Shown: positions 10,271 through 20,935, counted from the stretch's first letter. The stretch is DNA of 64,000 nt from an uncultured Gemmatimonadales bacterium (GCA_963707505.1 CAVPQB010000006.1:756581-820580), one strand, 5' to 3'. Numbers and translations are program-made. The notes: generated from the sequence alone by a model not told the origin.

Positions 10271-13200
10271 TTGGCGGATCTTCGATCGCGTGTCGAGCAG
10301 TCGTTGTCTGGCAGCTACACTCTTGAGCGCGAACTCGGCGGCGGCGGGATGTCGCGCGTGTTCGTGGCCAGCGAGGACCGCCTCGGCCGACGGGTAGTCG
10401 TCAAGGTGCTGTCGACCGAACTGGCGGCGGCGATGTCGGTGCCGCGGTTCGAGCGCGAAATTCGCGTTGCAGCGTCGCTGCAGCAAGCCAATATCGTACC
10501 GGTGCTCGCGGCCGGCGACATCGACGGCATTCCGTACTATACGATGCCCTACGTCGAAGGTGAGAGTCTCCGCGCGCGGCTGGGCCGCAAGCCGCTCGCC
10601 ATTTCAGAAGTGCTCAGCATACTTCGCGATGTCGCACGCGCGCTGGCGTACGCGCATGAACGCGGAGTGGTTCATCGCGACATCAAGCCGGACAACGTGC
10701 TGCTTTCGGGGCACACCGCCGTAGTCACCGACTTCGGTATCGCGAAGGCGATCGCGGCCGCAGCCGCGAGTCCCACCGGCGCGACACTCACGCAATTGGG
10801 CACCGCCGTGGGGACGCCGGCCTACATGGCGCCGGAACAGGCTGCGGGTGATCCGGCAACCGATCACCGCGCCGATCTCTACGCGTTCGGCTGCATGGCG
10901 TACGAGTTGCTCGCCGGTCGAGCAGTGTTTCCCGACCTCGCACCACACAAGTTGCTGGTCGCGCACATGACGGAGACGCCGACGCCGGTCGCTGATCTGC
11001 GATTGGATTGCCCACCTGCGCTCGCGTCGCTGGTGATGCAGTGCCTGGCGAAGTCGCCCGCCGCGCGGCCGGCAAGTGCCACCGAGCTGCTGCAGCGCCT
11101 GGACAACACCACATCGGGCGCCGGTGGCGTAATGCCCGGGATACTGATCGGCGGACGTCCCATGCTGTGGCGCGCACTCGGGATCTACGTCGCTGCCTTC
11201 ATCGGCGTCGCGATCCTGGCGCGTGCGGCGATCATCGCGATCGGTCTGCCGGACTGGGTCTTTTCCGGCGCACTCGTCGTCATGGCGCTTGGATTGCCCG
11301 TGGTGCTGTTCACCGCGTACACACAGTACATCGCGCGGCGGGTCGCCACGGCGACACCGGTGTACACAGCCGGCGGCACACGGTCGCTCGCCGGCCACGG
11401 AACCATGGCGACCATCGCCATCAAGGCGAGTCCGCACGTATCGTGGCGGCAGACCGCTCGCGGCGGCATCGCGGCCGTGAGCACGTTCGTGCTCCTGATC
11501 GCTGGCTACATGCTGCTCCGAGTCCTCGGCATCGGACCGGCGGGATCGCTGTTCGCCGCCGGGACACTCGCCGCGAATGACAATGTCATAGTTGCCGCGT
11601 TCGACGCGCCGGGCGCTGATTCGTCGCTCGGATCGACCATCGCAGAAGCCGTGAAAACCGGTCTGTCGCAGAGCCGCGCAGTGCACGTCATGCCGACCGC
11701 ATCCGTGGTCGCGGCGCTCGAACAGATGCGGCGGCCGGATACGGCACGCGTCGACTTCACCACCGCGCGCGAGATCGCGCGACGAACCGGCGCGAAGGCG
11801 GTGCTGGCGGGAAGCGTCGTACCGGCGGGAGCGGGTTACGTCATTACGGCCAGACTCGTCGGCGCCGAGAGCGGCAACGATCTCGCGTCATTCAGTGAAT
11901 CGGCAAAGGATGCCGGCGACCTCATCCCCGCTGTCGACCGCGTCACCAAGGAACTGCGACGGAAGATCGGCGAGTCGCTCAAGTCGGTGCGCGAAGCACC
12001 GAGCCTGGACCAGGTAACGACCGCCTCGCTCGGCGCACTCCAGAGTTACACCGCCGGCAACTTCGCCAACGACGTGCAGGCGGACTATCCGGCCGCGATG
12101 CAGCACTACCAGGACGCCATACGGCAGGACAGCACATTTGCCATGGCGCATGTGGAATTGGCGTTCACATTGCAGACGGTGGGTGGACCGGCACGAATGG
12201 CGGAAGCCCGCAGCGAGCTCACCAAAGCGTTCCGGCTCAGCGATCGCCTTCCGGAACGGGAGCTGTACAACGTCCAGGGCGCCTACTACACGTTCGTCGC
12301 ACTCGACCGTCGGCGGGCAATCGCGGCGTTCCGCCGAGCCATCGCGATCGATTCCACCAACACCGATGCGGCCAATTCGCTCGCCGTCACCCTTGCCAGC
12401 GTGCGCGACACGACCGGTGCCGTGCAGATGTACAAGCTCAGCCTCGCTGACGACTCGGCCGATGGGACACTGCTGAGCAACCTGGCTCTCGAATACCTCG
12501 GCATGGGCCGGTACCGGGACGTCGATTCGGTGCTGGCACTGTTCGCCAGCCGTCACGTGCCATTTCCCACCGACGCTATCAGGTATGCCGAGTTCTGGAG
12601 CAAGCATCAATACGATTCAGCAGAACACATCGCGCGCGTCGGCGTGGACCACGCCGACGCGTTCCACGCTGCGAGAGCGCTGAACGGTCTCGCCGCCGTA
12701 GTGCGGCTACGGGGCAGACTGCACGACGCCGCGCGACTGTCCATGCAGTCGAATGCTGCACTGGCCCACGTGGACGGCCACGATCCGAACGCGTACGAGA
12801 TGGCCTACGTCCAGGCCATGACGGACGGCGTGATCCGCGGGAACGCATCGCGCGGAATCGCTGAGCTCGACTCGACACTCCGGGCGCAGCCCATGCCGCC
12901 CGCTTCGGTTGCGCATGTCAATCTGGCCGGGGTCTATGCGCAACTGGGCGCTACTGCAAAGGCACGTGAGTTGTTGAGCCAGTACGAATCCACACTCGAC
13001 TCGCTGACCCGCCGCCAGAGCGCAGTGAATATCATGCGCGTTCGCGCGATGATTGCCATGGCAGACGGAAAGACTGACAGTGCGGTCGCATACTTTCGCC
13101 AGGGTGATGTCCAGCCCGACGGACTTCCGTCCCCCAATTGCGCCGCCTGTACGCTATATGGTATTGGCATTGCCTACGACCGGGGTCATCAGGCCGACTC

Positions 13201-13447
13201 CGCGCGCAAGTACCTGACCGAGTATGTCGACAAGCCAGGCGGCGGTCGCATCACCCCCGATCCGTACTACCTCGCGCTTGCACTCGACCGGCTGGGCGAG
13301 CTCTACCAGAGTGCAGGCGACACCAAGCGCGCCATCATGTACTACAGCCGGTTCGTCGACCTCTGGAAAAACGCGGACCCCGATCTGCAACCGCGCGTCA
13401 GCGACGTACGGAAGCAGATAACAGCGCTGCTGCGCGCGAAGGGGTGA
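10271..13447 (+). CDS. Hanks-type Ser/Thr kinase with TM segments, TolB-N-like and TPR domains
   Basis: LGGGGMSRV, VVVK, HRDIKPDN, DFG, GTPAYMAPE; start taken at TTG 10271 because the ORF-track start lies inside the element. Confidence 0.92.
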   Translation: MADLRSRVEQSLSGSYTLERELGGGGMSRVFVASEDRLGRRVVVKVLSTELAAAMSVPRFEREIRVAASLQQANIVPVLAAGDIDGIPYYTMPYVEGESLRARLGRKPLAISEVLSILRDVARALAYAHERGVVHRDIKPDNVLLSGHTAVVTDFGIAKAIAAAAASPTGATLTQLGTAVGTPAYMAPEQAAGDPATDHRADLYAFGCMAYELLAGRAVFPDLAPHKLLVAHMTETPTPVADLRLDCPPALASLVMQCLAKSPAARPASATELLQRLDNTTSGAGGVMPGILIGGRPMLWRALGIYVAAFIGVAILARAAIIAIGLPDWVFSGALVVMALGLPVVLFTAYTQYIARRVATATPVYTAGGTRSLAGHGTMATIAIKASPHVSWRQTARGGIAAVSTFVLLIAGYMLLRVLGIGPAGSLFAAGTLAANDNVIVAAFDAPGADSSLGSTIAEAVKTGLSQSRAVHVMPTASVVAALEQMRRPDTARVDFTTAREIARRTGAKAVLAGSVVPAGAGYVITARLVGAESGNDLASFSESAKDAGDLIPAVDRVTKELRRKIGESLKSVREAPSLDQVTTASLGALQSYTAGNFANDVQADYPAAMQHYQDAIRQDSTFAMAHVELAFTLQTVGGPARMAEARSELTKAFRLSDRLPERELYNVQGAYYTFVALDRRRAIAAFRRAIAIDSTNTDAANSLAVTLASVRDTTGAVQMYKLSLADDSADGTLLSNLALEYLGMGRYRDVDSVLALFASRHVPFPTDAIRYAEFWSKHQYDSAEHIARVGVDHADAFHAARALNGLAAVVRLRGRLHDAARLSMQSNAALAHVDGHDPNAYEMAYVQAMTDGVIRGNASRGIAELDSTLRAQPMPPASVAHVNLAGVYAQLGATAKARELLSQYESTLDSLTRRQSAVNIMRVRAMIAMADGKTDSAVAYFRQGDVQPDGLPSPNCAACTLYGIGIAYDRGHQADSARKYLTEYVDKPGGGRITPDPYYLALALDRLGELYQSAGDTKRAIMYYSRFVDLWKNADPDLQPRVSDVRKQITALLRAKG

Positions 13448-13460
13448 CGGAACGCGAGCA

Positions 13461-13523
13461 GGCTCGCAGTGCACTGCTCTGGTAAATGCGAACTGAGGCG
13501 TCGGGAAACTCCACTCTGACCCC
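13461..13523. mobile_element. Family-A ~63-bp mini-element, left TIR degenerate
   Basis: AGTGCACT...TGGTAAATGCGA...CCACTCTGACCCC; core shared with 20781 and 24847. Confidence 0.75.
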
Positions 13524-13536
13524 AATTCATCACGCC

Positions 13537-14778
13537 TTACCAGCCGAACACGGTGCCGTGTGGAACCGCGGCTCCGGTCGCACCATGTGGCCAGGTCGCG
13601 CGATCGAACGCGATTCCGGGGCGCGTCGAGCCTGCATCGCGAAACGCGCTGTCGAGCACAAGCCTGCCCGTCGCACGATCGATCTTCAGCATCCAGATGC
13701 GACGCTCGGCCGTCGGACCAGGCTCGTTCACGACGACGATGCGGGATCCGTCGGTCGCCAGCCAGTGCGGTCGCTGTCGCTCATCGAACGTCACCGACGA
13801 AACCTTGCGAACGTTTGCCGGGTCGCGGACGTCCAGCGAAAAGACGCGATGAGTGGCAGCGTTGGACTGGATCCAGTAGTTGCCTATCACCACCGGCGTT
13901 GCGCATCCACTCTCATCCTCGTGATGAACCATCTCCAGATCCGGATCGCGGCCGTCGAGCCCGGTGACGCGGTACAGCCGGCACGCAACGGTGTTCACAA
14001 GGACCGTACGACCGTCCTGCAACAGGCGTGGCTCATTCGGTCCATCGTTCGACGCAAGTCTGATCGTCTTGACCAGCATGAGATCTGATAGCCGATACAC
14101 CTGTACCTGATCGCCGGAATGGTCGTGCGCGATCGACGCGCGTAGCGGATGCCAGCTCGGAATGGGCATGGACGTAAGCGCAACGACGACACGATCGAGC
14201 GACGGAACGACGGCAAGGCTGTACGGGCGCAACGCTGTCTGGTCCGCACTCGAATCCGCAGCGGAACGCCAGCGCACGACCCGCCCTCGCTCGTCGAGTT
14301 CGGCGATGCCGCCTGGCGCTTCGTTGCTCGGACCGTGTCCCTGGAACGTCGCCAGAACGTGGCCGCCGGGAATTCGCACGAAGCTGTGCAGAAAGCTGAG
14401 CCCGGCGACGCCATCGAAGCGTTCCACCACCTTGGGATGCAAGGGATCGTGAAGATCGAATAGCACGTTGCGATTGCCAGCGAACCCATTGGCGAACAGC
14501 ATCCTGCCTGGACCGAGTTCGTGCTCGGTGTGGTGCGGCCAGATTCCCTTTTCGCCGATCGGGGTTGTCGCAACGATGGCTCCGTACCGGTCGCCATCCC
14601 ATGCAAGGTCGATAACAGCGAGGAAATCACTGTCCTTGCGATCTTCATCTCCGGTCCAGGAGAACAGGTATCGAGCTGGCAGCGGTTCCGCGCTGTCGAG
14701 CGCCGGCGGTGCGTGTCTCGCGCAGGCGAGGATGGCGACGACGAGTGCGGCGTGCAAGCGGCGGAGCGGCAATGTCAT
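13537..14778 (-). CDS. Putative lipoprotein, beta-propeller, distantly selenium-binding-protein-like
   Basis: Lipobox-like ILAC; DSDFLAVID, PHHTEHE, PHW and C-terminal PHG motifs. Confidence 0.6.
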   Translation of the reverse strand: MTLPLRRLHAALVVAILACARHAPPALDSAEPLPARYLFSWTGDEDRKDSDFLAVIDLAWDGDRYGAIVATTPIGEKGIWPHHTEHELGPGRMLFANGFAGNRNVLFDLHDPLHPKVVERFDGVAGLSFLHSFVRIPGGHVLATFQGHGPSNEAPGGIAELDERGRVVRWRSAADSSADQTALRPYSLAVVPSLDRVVVALTSMPIPSWHPLRASIAHDHSGDQVQVYRLSDLMLVKTIRLASNDGPNEPRLLQDGRTVLVNTVACRLYRVTGLDGRDPDLEMVHHEDESGCATPVVIGNYWIQSNAATHRVFSLDVRDPANVRKVSSVTFDERQRPHWLATDGSRIVVVNEPGPTAERRIWMLKIDRATGRLVLDSAFRDAGSTRPGIAFDRATWPHGATGAAVPHGTVFGW

Positions 14779-14781
14779 GGC

Positions 14782-15501
14782 CTACAGCAACGCGATGAAA
14801 TCATCGCCGGAAACTGCCGTCAATGATTTTGGCAACACGGGATGCGGGAGCGGGCGGATGAGCGCCCACATCGACGGATGAATTGCCGATTCATATTGAC
14901 GGAACTCGCTGTCGTAAATCCGTTGATACTCCGACTGGAACTCCATCAGGTATTGGTCGACCGCCAATCCGTTCGTGTCTTTCGATTGCATCTTCTCGAT
15001 GCACGCCGCGACGCGAAAGAAGAATGAATGCAAGCGATTGATCCGCGCAGCGGCATCACGATGACCATCGGCCGCCAGCTCCCATTCCTTTTCTTCCAGG
15101 AGATGCCAGAACCTGACGGTCTCCGTGTGTGCATACTCCAGATCCCTTGGAGCGGGAGATACAGGATATCCCTGGAAGTGCTGCCTGGTGCGACCCACAT
15201 CACGAAGTATCTCGCCAAAGCGCTTTCTGCGCTCGAAAACAACCGTCGCATACAGCGACAGAATGGCTCCAAGAAGCAGCACGAGGACGTCCGAGAAAAC
15301 GCCGGACTCCATTCCGCCACTCGCATCCGGGGCAGCCGCCCGACTCGTGGCGGAAGGCTGCGTAGCTGGACGACTCGTGGCAGGCGTGCCGCGCGCTCGG
15401 CCAGCGGAGACAACGATCAAACCCAGCCAGAGAGCGGCAGCTATCTTCGGCATCAGTCGACTCGCCCTTGGGGTGTCCCGTGTCATTGGCCCGGTACTCA
15501 C
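14782..15501 (-). CDS. Hypothetical membrane-anchored protein
   Basis: 239-aa ORF with two hydrophobic segments; stop 3 bp from the next start. Confidence 0.55.
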   Translation of the reverse strand: MSTGPMTRDTPRASRLMPKIAAALWLGLIVVSAGRARGTPATSRPATQPSATSRAAAPDASGGMESGVFSDVLVLLLGAILSLYATVVFERRKRFGEILRDVGRTRQHFQGYPVSPAPRDLEYAHTETVRFWHLLEEKEWELAADGHRDAAARINRLHSFFFRVAACIEKMQSKDTNGLAVDQYLMEFQSEYQRIYDSEFRQYESAIHPSMWALIRPLPHPVLPKSLTAVSGDDFIALL

Positions 15502-15564
15502 TGAGGAAGATCATACACCTCCCGTTCATTCTGGCAAGCAGGTGCGATTCCGATCGGAATAACC

Positions 15565-15928
15565 GGGGTCAGAGTGCACTTATCAATGCCTTGCGATCCT
15601 TGTGCGGCCGTCCGCTCTCCGCGGGACCGGCGCGGCGACCCAGCTGCGCTTCGATACTCACACGAAAGCTGTCCGTGCCAAGCGCATGCTGGCGTTGCAG
15701 CTGTAAGCGAATGGCGTGAAGGTCCTGCTCCGATACAGCACCGGTGACCAGGGTCCGATATGCCGCACGCCTCGTTGCGTCGTTCTCGCCGAGCGCGAGG
15801 TAGTTCGAGTGTGCGCGAATCACGGTATCCTCGGCGCCGAGTGCATTAGCGCGATAACTCGACGGGATCGCAGTGTGTCCTTTCAGTCGATTGCAACGAC
15901 TGGAATCGGAAAACTGCACTCTGACCCC
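15565..15928 (-). mobile_element. TIR-bounded element (family A) retaining only the C-terminal part of the RAYT-like transposase
   Basis: GGGGTCAGAGTGCA...TGCACTCTGACCCC; encodes SSYRANALGAED...YLALG...RRAAYRTL...LGRRAGPAESGRPHKDRKALISAL*; shares subterminal TTCAGTCGATTGCAAC with 10158-10173. Confidence 0.88.
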
Positions 15929-15998
15929 AATTACCCCAATTACCCATGACTCGGCAATATCTTGTGGGTTACCGTTCCACCTCATACCCGAGACAGCC

Positions 15999-17402
15999 AT
16001 GCCACTACGCGTCAACCTGTCCCTCGCAGCACTCTGCTTCATCGCTGCCGCACCGACGATCCACGCGCAGGACGACGCTCTCGTCGCGAGGGCGCACGCG
16101 ATCCACGATCGGGTGATCAAGCTCGACACGCACGTGGACTTCAACCCGTCGTCCATGAGCGACACACCGCCCAATTACATGACGGGACTTCACAACCAGG
16201 TCGATCTGCCCAAGATGAAGGCCGGCTACAACGGCATCTTCTTCTCGATCTATGTAGGACAGGGTGAGCTGACGCCGGCCGGATACCAGCGCGCATACGA
16301 GGCGGACGTCGCCAAGTTCGATGCCGTGCACAAGCTGGCGGAGAAGATGGCGCCCGACCAGATCGAGATCGCGCGCACTGCCGCCGACGTGCGCCGCATA
16401 GCGAAGAGCGGCAAGCTCGTCGCGTTGATGGGCGTGGAGAACGGTTATGGGATCGGCACCGACATTACTCGAGTGAAGGAATTCGCCGATCGCGGCGCAC
16501 GCTATCTGTCACTCGCGCACAACGGTCACAGTCAGTTGTCCGATTCCAACACCGGCGAGGCCGACAACGTCTGGATGTGGCACGGCGTGAGCCCGCTCGG
16601 CAAGCAGGTCGTGGCGGAGGCGAACAAGTGGGGCATCATGCTCGACATATCGCATCCGTCCAAGGAATCGAACATGTGGGTGATGGCCAACAGCAAGGCA
16701 CCGGTTATCGCGTCGCATTCCGCGGTCCGCGCGCTGTGTCCCACCGCATCGCGCGACCTGGACGACGAGCAGCTGCTCGCGCTCAGGAAGAACGGCGGTG
16801 TGATGCAGACTGTCGCGTTCACCGGTTATCTGGTTTGCACGCCCGCTACATCCAAGGAGCGGACAGCGGCGCTCGAAGCACTGGCCACGCAGTACAACCT
16901 GCCGGTCGCCGTCGTGAGCCGCGACAACGGCTCGGCTACCGCAGGTTCCGGCGAGGGACGGAGCGCCGTTGTTCGTTCGGCGGCCTGCTCGATCGGTGAT
17001 CCGCCAGTGGAGCCACAATCCGCCGCGCGTCCTGCGCGCGCGAATCCGCTGACGGCCATGGATGACACGACACGCGCGCGTTACCAGGCCCAGCGCGATG
17101 CAATCGATGCACAGTATCCCGCGCCAGTGCCGGCGCGGCGCGCAAACGTGAAGGATTTCGTCGATCACATCGACTACGCAGTCAAGAAGATCGGAATCGA
17201 TCACGTCGGCATCTCATCCGACTTCGACGGCGGCGGTGGCATCGACGGATACAACTGCGCCGCCGAGGCCCCCAATGTCACCGTCGAGCTCGTGCGGCGC
17301 GGATACACGGAAGCTCAGATCGCGCAGCTATGGGGCGGGAATTTGTTGCGCGTGATGGAACAGGCCGAGCAGGTGGCGACGAAGCTGCAGGCAGGCCGCT
17401 AG
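15999..17402 (+). CDS. Membrane dipeptidase, peptidase M19 family
   Basis: LDTHVD, MGVENG, LSLAHNGH, LDISH, IASHS, HVGISSDFDGGG, GGNLLRV; signal peptide. Confidence 0.92.
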   Translation: MPLRVNLSLAALCFIAAAPTIHAQDDALVARAHAIHDRVIKLDTHVDFNPSSMSDTPPNYMTGLHNQVDLPKMKAGYNGIFFSIYVGQGELTPAGYQRAYEADVAKFDAVHKLAEKMAPDQIEIARTAADVRRIAKSGKLVALMGVENGYGIGTDITRVKEFADRGARYLSLAHNGHSQLSDSNTGEADNVWMWHGVSPLGKQVVAEANKWGIMLDISHPSKESNMWVMANSKAPVIASHSAVRALCPTASRDLDDEQLLALRKNGGVMQTVAFTGYLVCTPATSKERTAALEALATQYNLPVAVVSRDNGSATAGSGEGRSAVVRSAACSIGDPPVEPQSAARPARANPLTAMDDTTRARYQAQRDAIDAQYPAPVPARRANVKDFVDHIDYAVKKIGIDHVGISSDFDGGGGIDGYNCAAEAPNVTVELVRRGYTEAQIAQLWGGNLLRVMEQAEQVATKLQAGR

Positions 17403-17404
17403 AG

Positions 17405-17481
17405 AAACCGGGGTCAGAGTGCACTTTTCAGTTTGCAACGCGACGTGCAGCAAACTGAAAAGTGCACTCTGACCCCGGTTT
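17405..17481. repeat. Family-A TIR palindrome (32-bp perfect arms, 13-nt loop); probable terminator between convergent genes
   Basis: AAACCGGGGTCAGAGTGCACTTTTCAGTTTGC / GCAAACTGAAAAGTGCACTCTGACCCCGGTTT followed by a T run. Confidence 0.92.
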
Positions 17482-17484
17482 TTT

Positions 17485-19986
17485 TCAGCCGCCGATCGGT
17501 GTTCCCGGCGGCAGCGGGATCACTCCCGTCGGACGCGGCGGCGCGATGCGGCGATCCAGCCAGTTCCGCACGTTGCGAACGACTTCCGCGTTCGCCGCGC
17601 GATCCTCCGTATCTGTCGTCTTCGCGGCCGACGAGGGTCGTTGCCAATCGATTCAAACGATCGTTGGCGACGGCCTGCACATCTGCCGTCGATTTCTGAT
17701 CGGCCGCAAGCGCGAACAGTGCGTCGACCACCGCGCGCCTCGCCTGGCGACGGACGCCGCGCTCGTACGCCGTCGTCGCTGTCGCGTTCGTGTAGACGCC
17801 GTCGATCATCTGCCCGATCACTTCGTCGGCCGACGGCGATGCAGCGTCGCGCGCATGAAACGACATCACGCGCTCGATGCGATCGGGCTGCAGAATTCCA
17901 TCAGCAACGTTGCCAGCCAGCGCGCGCGCGATGGCCAGCGGATCGTAGACGATCCCCGCCGGCGTCGTCGCGAAGCCCCAGCCGCCGCCGATATCCGTAG
18001 GGCGACGGCGGAATCATCTTCACTATGCGCTCGGGCACCGCGAGCTCGCGCGGCTGAATCGTCGCGATCAGCTCGCGCAGCGCTTCCCGCTGCTTCGCCG
18101 GCGCGATGACTGTCGCCGGTGTCTGTCCGTCGCCGCGCAACGCGAAGGTGTACTCCATGCCGCCGATCGCCTTCGTCGCCGCTTCGATCGCGTAGCGATG
18201 ATGCAGATAGACGGGCACGAAGCGCTCGTTGATCATCCACATCGGCTCGCCGGGCGCGATCACCGATTCGTTGAACTTGGAGATCAGCACGTCGCGCACC
18301 GCGCTCTCGCGCGCGAGCTCCTTCACCGCGTCGTCGCCGTTCAACCAGCGCGTCACCTCGGGGATCACACCCGCCGACGCGTCGCGATCGGTCAGAAAGC
18401 GCGCGCCGCCAGCGATCGCCTGACGCGCCAGCGCTTCCTGCCCCGCGCGCTCTGCTGCAGCGTTTGGATACTGCGTGTAGTCGAAGCGAATCGCCAGCGT
18501 GTCGTACGCGCCCGTGCCCGTTGCCCACGCGTGCGAAACGTCGAGCGTGCCGTTCGGCCTCAGCGTCACCAGCGGACCCGGATAGTCCATCACACTGGCG
18601 CGGCCGAACGCGTGCGAGATGTAGTTGTGCGCGAGGCCGAGCGTGTGGCCGATCTCGTGCGCGACGTGCTGGCGGCGGCGCGACATGGCGAACTCGGTGC
18701 CGTTGACGTTGGGATCGAGCGACGCCATCCAGTCAGCTGCCTTCTCCGTCCATCGCCGGCGTCATACCCGGCGAAGATGTTGTAGTCGGTGATCGAGCGA
18801 TACGTGTCCATCTTGAGCATCGCCTTGATGATCTCGCCCGTGCGCGGATCGACGAACGACTGACCCACGGAGAAGCCCGGATCGCTCCGGTGCACCCACT
18901 GGATGATCGAATAGCGTGCGTCCATCGGATCGACGCCGGCCGGGAGATCCTCGACGCGAAACGCGTTCTTGAATCCGGCCGCCTCGAACGTCTTTGTCCA
19001 CCACGACGCGCCCTGACGGAACGCGGTGCGATACGGCTCCGGAATGCCCGGATCGAGATAGTACACGATGGGCTTGACCGGCTCGGACATCGCGGCCGAC
19101 GGATCCTTCTTCTCGAGGCGCCAGCGATTGATCCAGCGCGTCTCCGGCTTCTCGGTGAACGGGCGCGAGAAATCGTGAACGTCACCGAGAAGATGCCGAC
19201 GCGCGGATCGAACGCGCGCGGCTTGTAGTTCGGAATCGGGCAGCTCGACGAACGAGAAGTGCTCGCGCAGCGTGAGCGCCTCGGCATCCGGCGTATGACG
19301 CGCGACTTCGCGGCCCGGTGCATCGCTCGCGAAAGTGAGCAGCGTCTCGATTTCGGTGTTCTTTGGAAACGCCTTGGTGTGCGGCAGGTAGATCGCGCTG
19401 CGATTGCGATCGAGCCGATACGTGCCCTGCTTCTGCCGCTGGATCGTCGAGCTGACATTCATCACATCCTGCAGCGCGAAAGTCCGTCGCGTCGACCAGC
19501 AGCCGCCCACCTTCCTCGGCGACGATCGGCATGCCGGCGAGCGTCGACGTGGCGAAGGACTCCTCGACCGCGTGCGCCTGGAGCGAGTCGGCCGTCGCCG
19601 CGATAACGTGTGTTCTGGCGGATGAGCAGCACGCGCGGGCCGAAACGCTCGAAGCGCACGATCGCCTCGTCGCCCGTCGTCCCGCGATCGAGCCCGAGCT
19701 CGTTCGATCCCAGGCCAGTGGCGAGCGTGGGCAGGTAGAGGAAATCCTGACCGAGACGCTGCACCTCGAGGAGAAGCTTGCCGGTGTGCTCGTCGTAGTA
19801 GAACGGGATGAAGCCGTCGTGGCGCTCCATGCCCGCGGTCTGCGAGGCGATGCTGCGCGCGGGCTGAGCGGCCGCGGGTTGGGCCGCGGGTTGCGCGGCC
19901 GTGCGCTGGGCTCGGAGTGCGATGGGGGCGGATACAAGGACGAAGGTGACGACGGAGGCCACGAGGGCGTAGCGGGCAACGCGCAT
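17485..19986 (-). pseudogene. Zinc-dependent metalloprotease (DUF5117/DUF4953-type) with several frameshifts (error or decay)
   Basis: Fragments in different frames: signal MRVARYALVAS, TKAFPKNTEIE, RWRLEKKDP..KPIVYY, DPRTGEI, HEIGHTLGLAHNY, SVMDYP, end PLPPGTPIGG*. Confidence 0.85.
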
Positions 19987-20199
19987 GGGCGATCGGGGGA
20001 GGGCGGAAGATTGAACGAAGACGCCAATGTGGCGCACAAGCGGGTCCGATGCAATGCGGCCTGCATCGGGGGCACTCCCGGAGACCGCTCGTCAGCATCG
20101 GCGTCCGTCAGGCCGCGTGCTCCGAATCGAGTCCGACGAAGCACAGATCGGCACGCATGGCTGCTGCACGAACCGATCGGGCATGGGGGTCAGGGCATG

Positions 20200-20368
20200 G
20201 GGGTCAGGTCTTGCGCCGTGCGCCGCTCCCGGTCATCGCCGTGTTTCGTTACATCGTGCGACGCTTCAATTGCACGATCGGCGACCGACTTCGGTATCCA
20301 TTCTTCGCGCGTGAGCCGGATTGTAAGCAACTCAGAGTGACGGCGCGCACGGCGCAAGACCTGACCCC
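20200..20368 (+). mobile_element. Family-B MITE, 169 bp
   Basis: GGGGTCAGGTCTTGCGCCGTGCGC...GCGCACGGCGCAAGACCTGACCCC; interior homologous to copies at 26576, 29424, 30881, 33787. Confidence 0.93.
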
Positions 20369-20691
20369 GTCCTATGGGTCTTGTGGATGTCAACGGGCTG
20401 TTCATCCCAATCCGGCGGCAGGAGTTGTGCGGCCATCGTCACCAGGAGCGGATTCAGCATCACGAACCACGCCCTTCTGTATGACCAACCAGGGACGTCA
20501 TGCCAGGAGTAAGCAGACCACCAGGAGTCGACCAGAACCAGAAGGATGACGACGTTGGCCAGGATGTAGAGCGGGTCCGGCTTGTAGCTGCCGCGTCTTC
20601 GCACCAGCTGTCCCAGACCATACAGCACCTGGGACACGGCCACACCGACGACGATCGATACGAGAACGCTGAGATGTTCAAATGCGGGCAC
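20332..20691 (-). pseudogene. Membrane protein paralogue 2, C-terminally truncated by the MITE
   Basis: GTG start with AAGGA RBS; PAFEHLSVLVSIVVGVAVSQVL...DSWW...LLPPD...VDIH then runs into the TIR. Confidence 0.75.
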
Positions 20692-20780
20692 GTACGGATC
20701 CTTTCTCCAGGCAATGGTCACGCAGACGTAGCACGCTGGCTAAGCTGCAAGCTCGAGTATTATGTGGCGCCCGAAAAAAT

Positions 20781-20908
20781 GGGTCGAGTGCACTTCTCAT
20801 GGTATACGCGATGTGTTCGCATCAAGGAAGTCCACTCCAGATACCGGTGTCCGAGTTTGCTGCTGAGTGGTGCCGTCGGCATTGACTGACAGAAGTGTAC
20901 TCTGACCC
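20781..20908. mobile_element. Two tandem degenerate family-A mini-elements
   Basis: GGGTCGAGTGCACTTCTCATGGTATACGCGA...AAGTCCACTCC, then GGTGTCCGAGT...AAGTGTACTCTGACCC. Confidence 0.65.
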
Positions 20909-20935
20909 TGTTTCACTCTCGTTGTAGATACGAGC

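Noticed and set aside
15569..16174. 201-aa ORF as an intact gene
   Set aside because: Its first half is antisense to the dipeptidase and crosses the TIR; only the last ~100 codons are transposase-derived, with no start.
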